Of a stretch of 35,480 nucleotides of DNA, positions 33,101 to 35,480 are shown one piece after another. The stretch comes from Utricularia gibba (Eukaryota; Plantae; Magnoliophyta), in the NCBI GenBank assembly GCA_002189035.1, contig NEEC01000152.1:1-35480 (forward strand). The letters are read 5' to 3'. Every line of letters starts with the position of its first letter. The first letter of the stretch is position 1. The translations under genes and the position numbers were made by a program. Below the pieces are notes generated by a model. It ran no database searches and was not told where the DNA came from. It saw only the letters and a list, made by a program, of their open reading frames with translations.

Positions 33101-35480
33101 AATCGATTTGCATCCAGTTGACCTCATGAGCCATACAGAATCGGGGTCAAGGACCAAGTTCCAGCGAGACTGGCCGCCACAAAACGAGAAGCGGTTCCTT
33201 GAAAAACCATGTAGGCAGCCCCCGAAAACCGAACGATAATAATACATCACTTTATTTGCCGGACTACAACTAACTCTCGTGCAAGCCAAACCTTACCTTT
33301 GTCCGTTCCAGGTGCACCCAAAGACCGCCTGCTCAAGTATAAAGTAAGTTGTTGAAAAAATCATGTGGGGTGCACGTGATATCGCAATTTAAACAAATGC
33401 AACATTGTATTCATCGATTTGCATCCTTTTGTCCTCATGAGCCATAAAGAATCGCGGGCCCGGACCAAGTTCCTAGCGAGACTGGCCGCCACAAAACGAG
33501 AAGCTGTTCTTGAAAAACCATGTAGGCAACACCGAAAACGAACGTTAATAAATACATCACTTTCTTTGCCGGGCTACAACTTACTTTGGGCCAAGGCCTA
33601 AGCTGATCTTTTTCCGGTTCCAAGTGCACCCAAAGACGCCTTCTCAAGTATAAAGTAAGTTGTTGAAAAAATCATGTGGGGTGCACGTGACATCATAATT
33701 TAAACAAATGGATCATTTTTTTAATCGATTTGCATCCAGTTGACCTCATGAGCCATACAGAATCGGGGTCAAGGACCAAGTTCCAGCGAGACTGGCCGCA
33801 AAACGAGAAGCGGTTCCTTGAAAAACCATGTAGGCAGCCCCCGAAAACCGAACGATAATAAATACATCACTTTATTTGCCGGACTACAAACTTACTTTGG
33901 GCAAGCCTAAGCTGACTTTTCCGGTCCAAGTGCCCCCAAAGACCGCCTCCTCATGTATAAAGTATGTTGTTAAAAAATCATGTGGGGTGCACGTGATATC
34001 GTAATTTAAACAAATGCATCATTTTTTTAATCGATTTGCATCCATTTGACCTCATGAGCCATAAAGAATCGCGGGCCCGGACCAAGTTCCTAGCGAGACT
34101 GGCCGCCACAAAACGAGAAGCTGTTCCTTGAAAAACCATGTAGGCAACACCGAAAACCGAACGTTAATAAATACATCACTTTCTTTGCCGGGCTACAACT
34201 TACTTTGGGCCAAGGCCTAAGCTGACCTTTTTCCGGTTCCAAGTGCCCCCAAGACCGCCTCCTCATGTATAAAGTAAGTTGTTAAAAAAATCATGTGGGG
34301 TGCACGTGACATCGTAATTTAAACAAATGCATCATTTTTTTAATCGATTTGCATCCAGTTGACCTCATGAGCCATACAGAATCGGGGTCAAGGACCAAGT
34401 TCCCAGCGAGACTGGCCGCACAAAACGAGAAGCGGTTCCTTGAAAAACCATGTAGGCAGCCCCGAAAACCGAACGATAATAAATACATCACTTTATTTGC
34501 CGGACTACAACTAACTCTCGGTGCAAGCAAACCTTACCTTTGTCCCGTTCCAGGTGCACCCAAAGACCGCCTGCTCAAGTATAAAGTAAGTTGTTGAAAA
34601 AATCATGTGGGGTGCACGTGATATCGCAATTTAAACAAATGCAACATTGTATTCATCGATTTGCATCCTTTTGTCCTCATGAGCCATAAAGAATCGGGCG
34701 GACCAAGTTCCTAGCGAGACTGGCCGCCACAAAACGAGAAGCTGTTCCTTGAAAAACCATGTAGGCAACACGAAAACGAACGTTAATAAATACATCACTT
34801 TCTTTGCCGGGCTACAACTTACTTTGGGCCAAGGCCTAAGCTGATCTTTTCCGGTTCAAGTGCACCCAAACGCCTTCTCAGTATAAAGTAAGTTGTTGAA
34901 AAAATCATGTGGGGTGCACGTGACATCATAATTTAAACAAATGGATCATTTTTTTTAATCGATTTGCATCCAGTTGACCTCATGAGCCATACAGAATCGG
35001 GGTCAAGGACCAAGTTCCCAGCGAGACTGGCCGCCACAAACGAGAAGCGGTTCCTCGAAAAACCATGTAGGCAGCCCCCGAAAACCGAACGATAATAAAT
35101 ACATCACTTATTTGCCGGACTACAACTAACTCTCGTGCAAGCCAAACCTTACTTTGTCCCGTTCCAGGTGCACCAAAGACCGCCTGCTCAAGTATAAAGT
35201 AAGTTGTTGAAAAAATCATGTGGGGTGCACGTGATATCGCAATTTAAACAAATGCAACATTGTATTCATCGATTTGCATCCTTTTGTCCTCATGAGCCAT
35301 AAAGAATCGCGGGCCCGGACCAAGTTCCTAGCGAGACTGGCCGCCACAAAACGAGAAGCTGTTCCTTGAAAAACCATGTAGGCAACACGGAAAACCGAAC
35401 GTTAATAAATACATCACTTTCTTTGCCGGGCTACAACTTACTTTGGGCCAAGGCCTAAGCTGATCTTTTTCCGGTTCCAA

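Larger units (their letters stand above)
1..35480 (+). repeat. Tandem satellite DNA array, ~315-bp monomers organised as a 630-bp A/B higher-order repeat; runs off both window ends
   Basis: The landmark TCATGTGGGGTGCACGTGA recurs throughout, e.g. at 21401, 21715, 22031, 22345, 22661, 22975, 23291 and 23605 (alternating 314/316-bp steps). All copies are in the same orientation. Identical ORF-track entries at 21790, 22420 and 23050 are spaced exactly 630 bp. Confidence 0.99.

Noticed and set aside
223-35219. All ORFs in the supplied track (e.g. MHPVDLMSHTESG..., ...VSCSPAKKVMYLL...)
   Set aside because: They are 60-115 aa translations of the satellite in several frames on both strands. They recur with the repeat period, their ends shift with indels, many start at TTG, and none resembles a protein family I recognise.
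1-35480. CRISPR array
   Set aside because: There are no unique spacers. The sequence between conserved blocks is itself repeated, the period is 315/630 bp, and there are no cas genes.

Overview
The whole 35,480-bp window is one uninterrupted, single-orientation, head-to-tail satellite DNA array, with no credible gene, RNA gene, CRISPR array or unique flank. The repeat has three tiers. (1) A 630-bp higher-order repeat made of two alternating monomers, A (316 bp, e.g. 21715-22030) and B (314 bp, e.g. 22031-22344), which differ at about 40 positions (~87% identical by hand alignment). Like-for-like copies are nearly identical in clean stretches. (2) The ~315-bp monomer, about 110-115 copies. (3) A cryptic, much older ~158-bp half-unit inside each monomer (159+157 bp in A, ~52% identical with two gaps). 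This architecture is typical of eukaryotic heterochromatic or centromeric satellites, but I do not recognise the family or host. All ORFs in the track are translations of the repeat and recur with its period. The sequence carries many homopolymer indels, scrambled patches and A/B-intermediate monomers that look like long-read or consensus-polishing artefacts, so local structural variants need raw-read confirmation. The most interesting signals are the 158/315/630 hierarchy, A/B conservation peaking every ~158 bp, a perfect 12-bp inverted repeat in B, a recurrent third haplotype, and a tentative 5S-promoter-like block spacing. I found no evidence of a novel coding system. All identities and counts are hand estimates.
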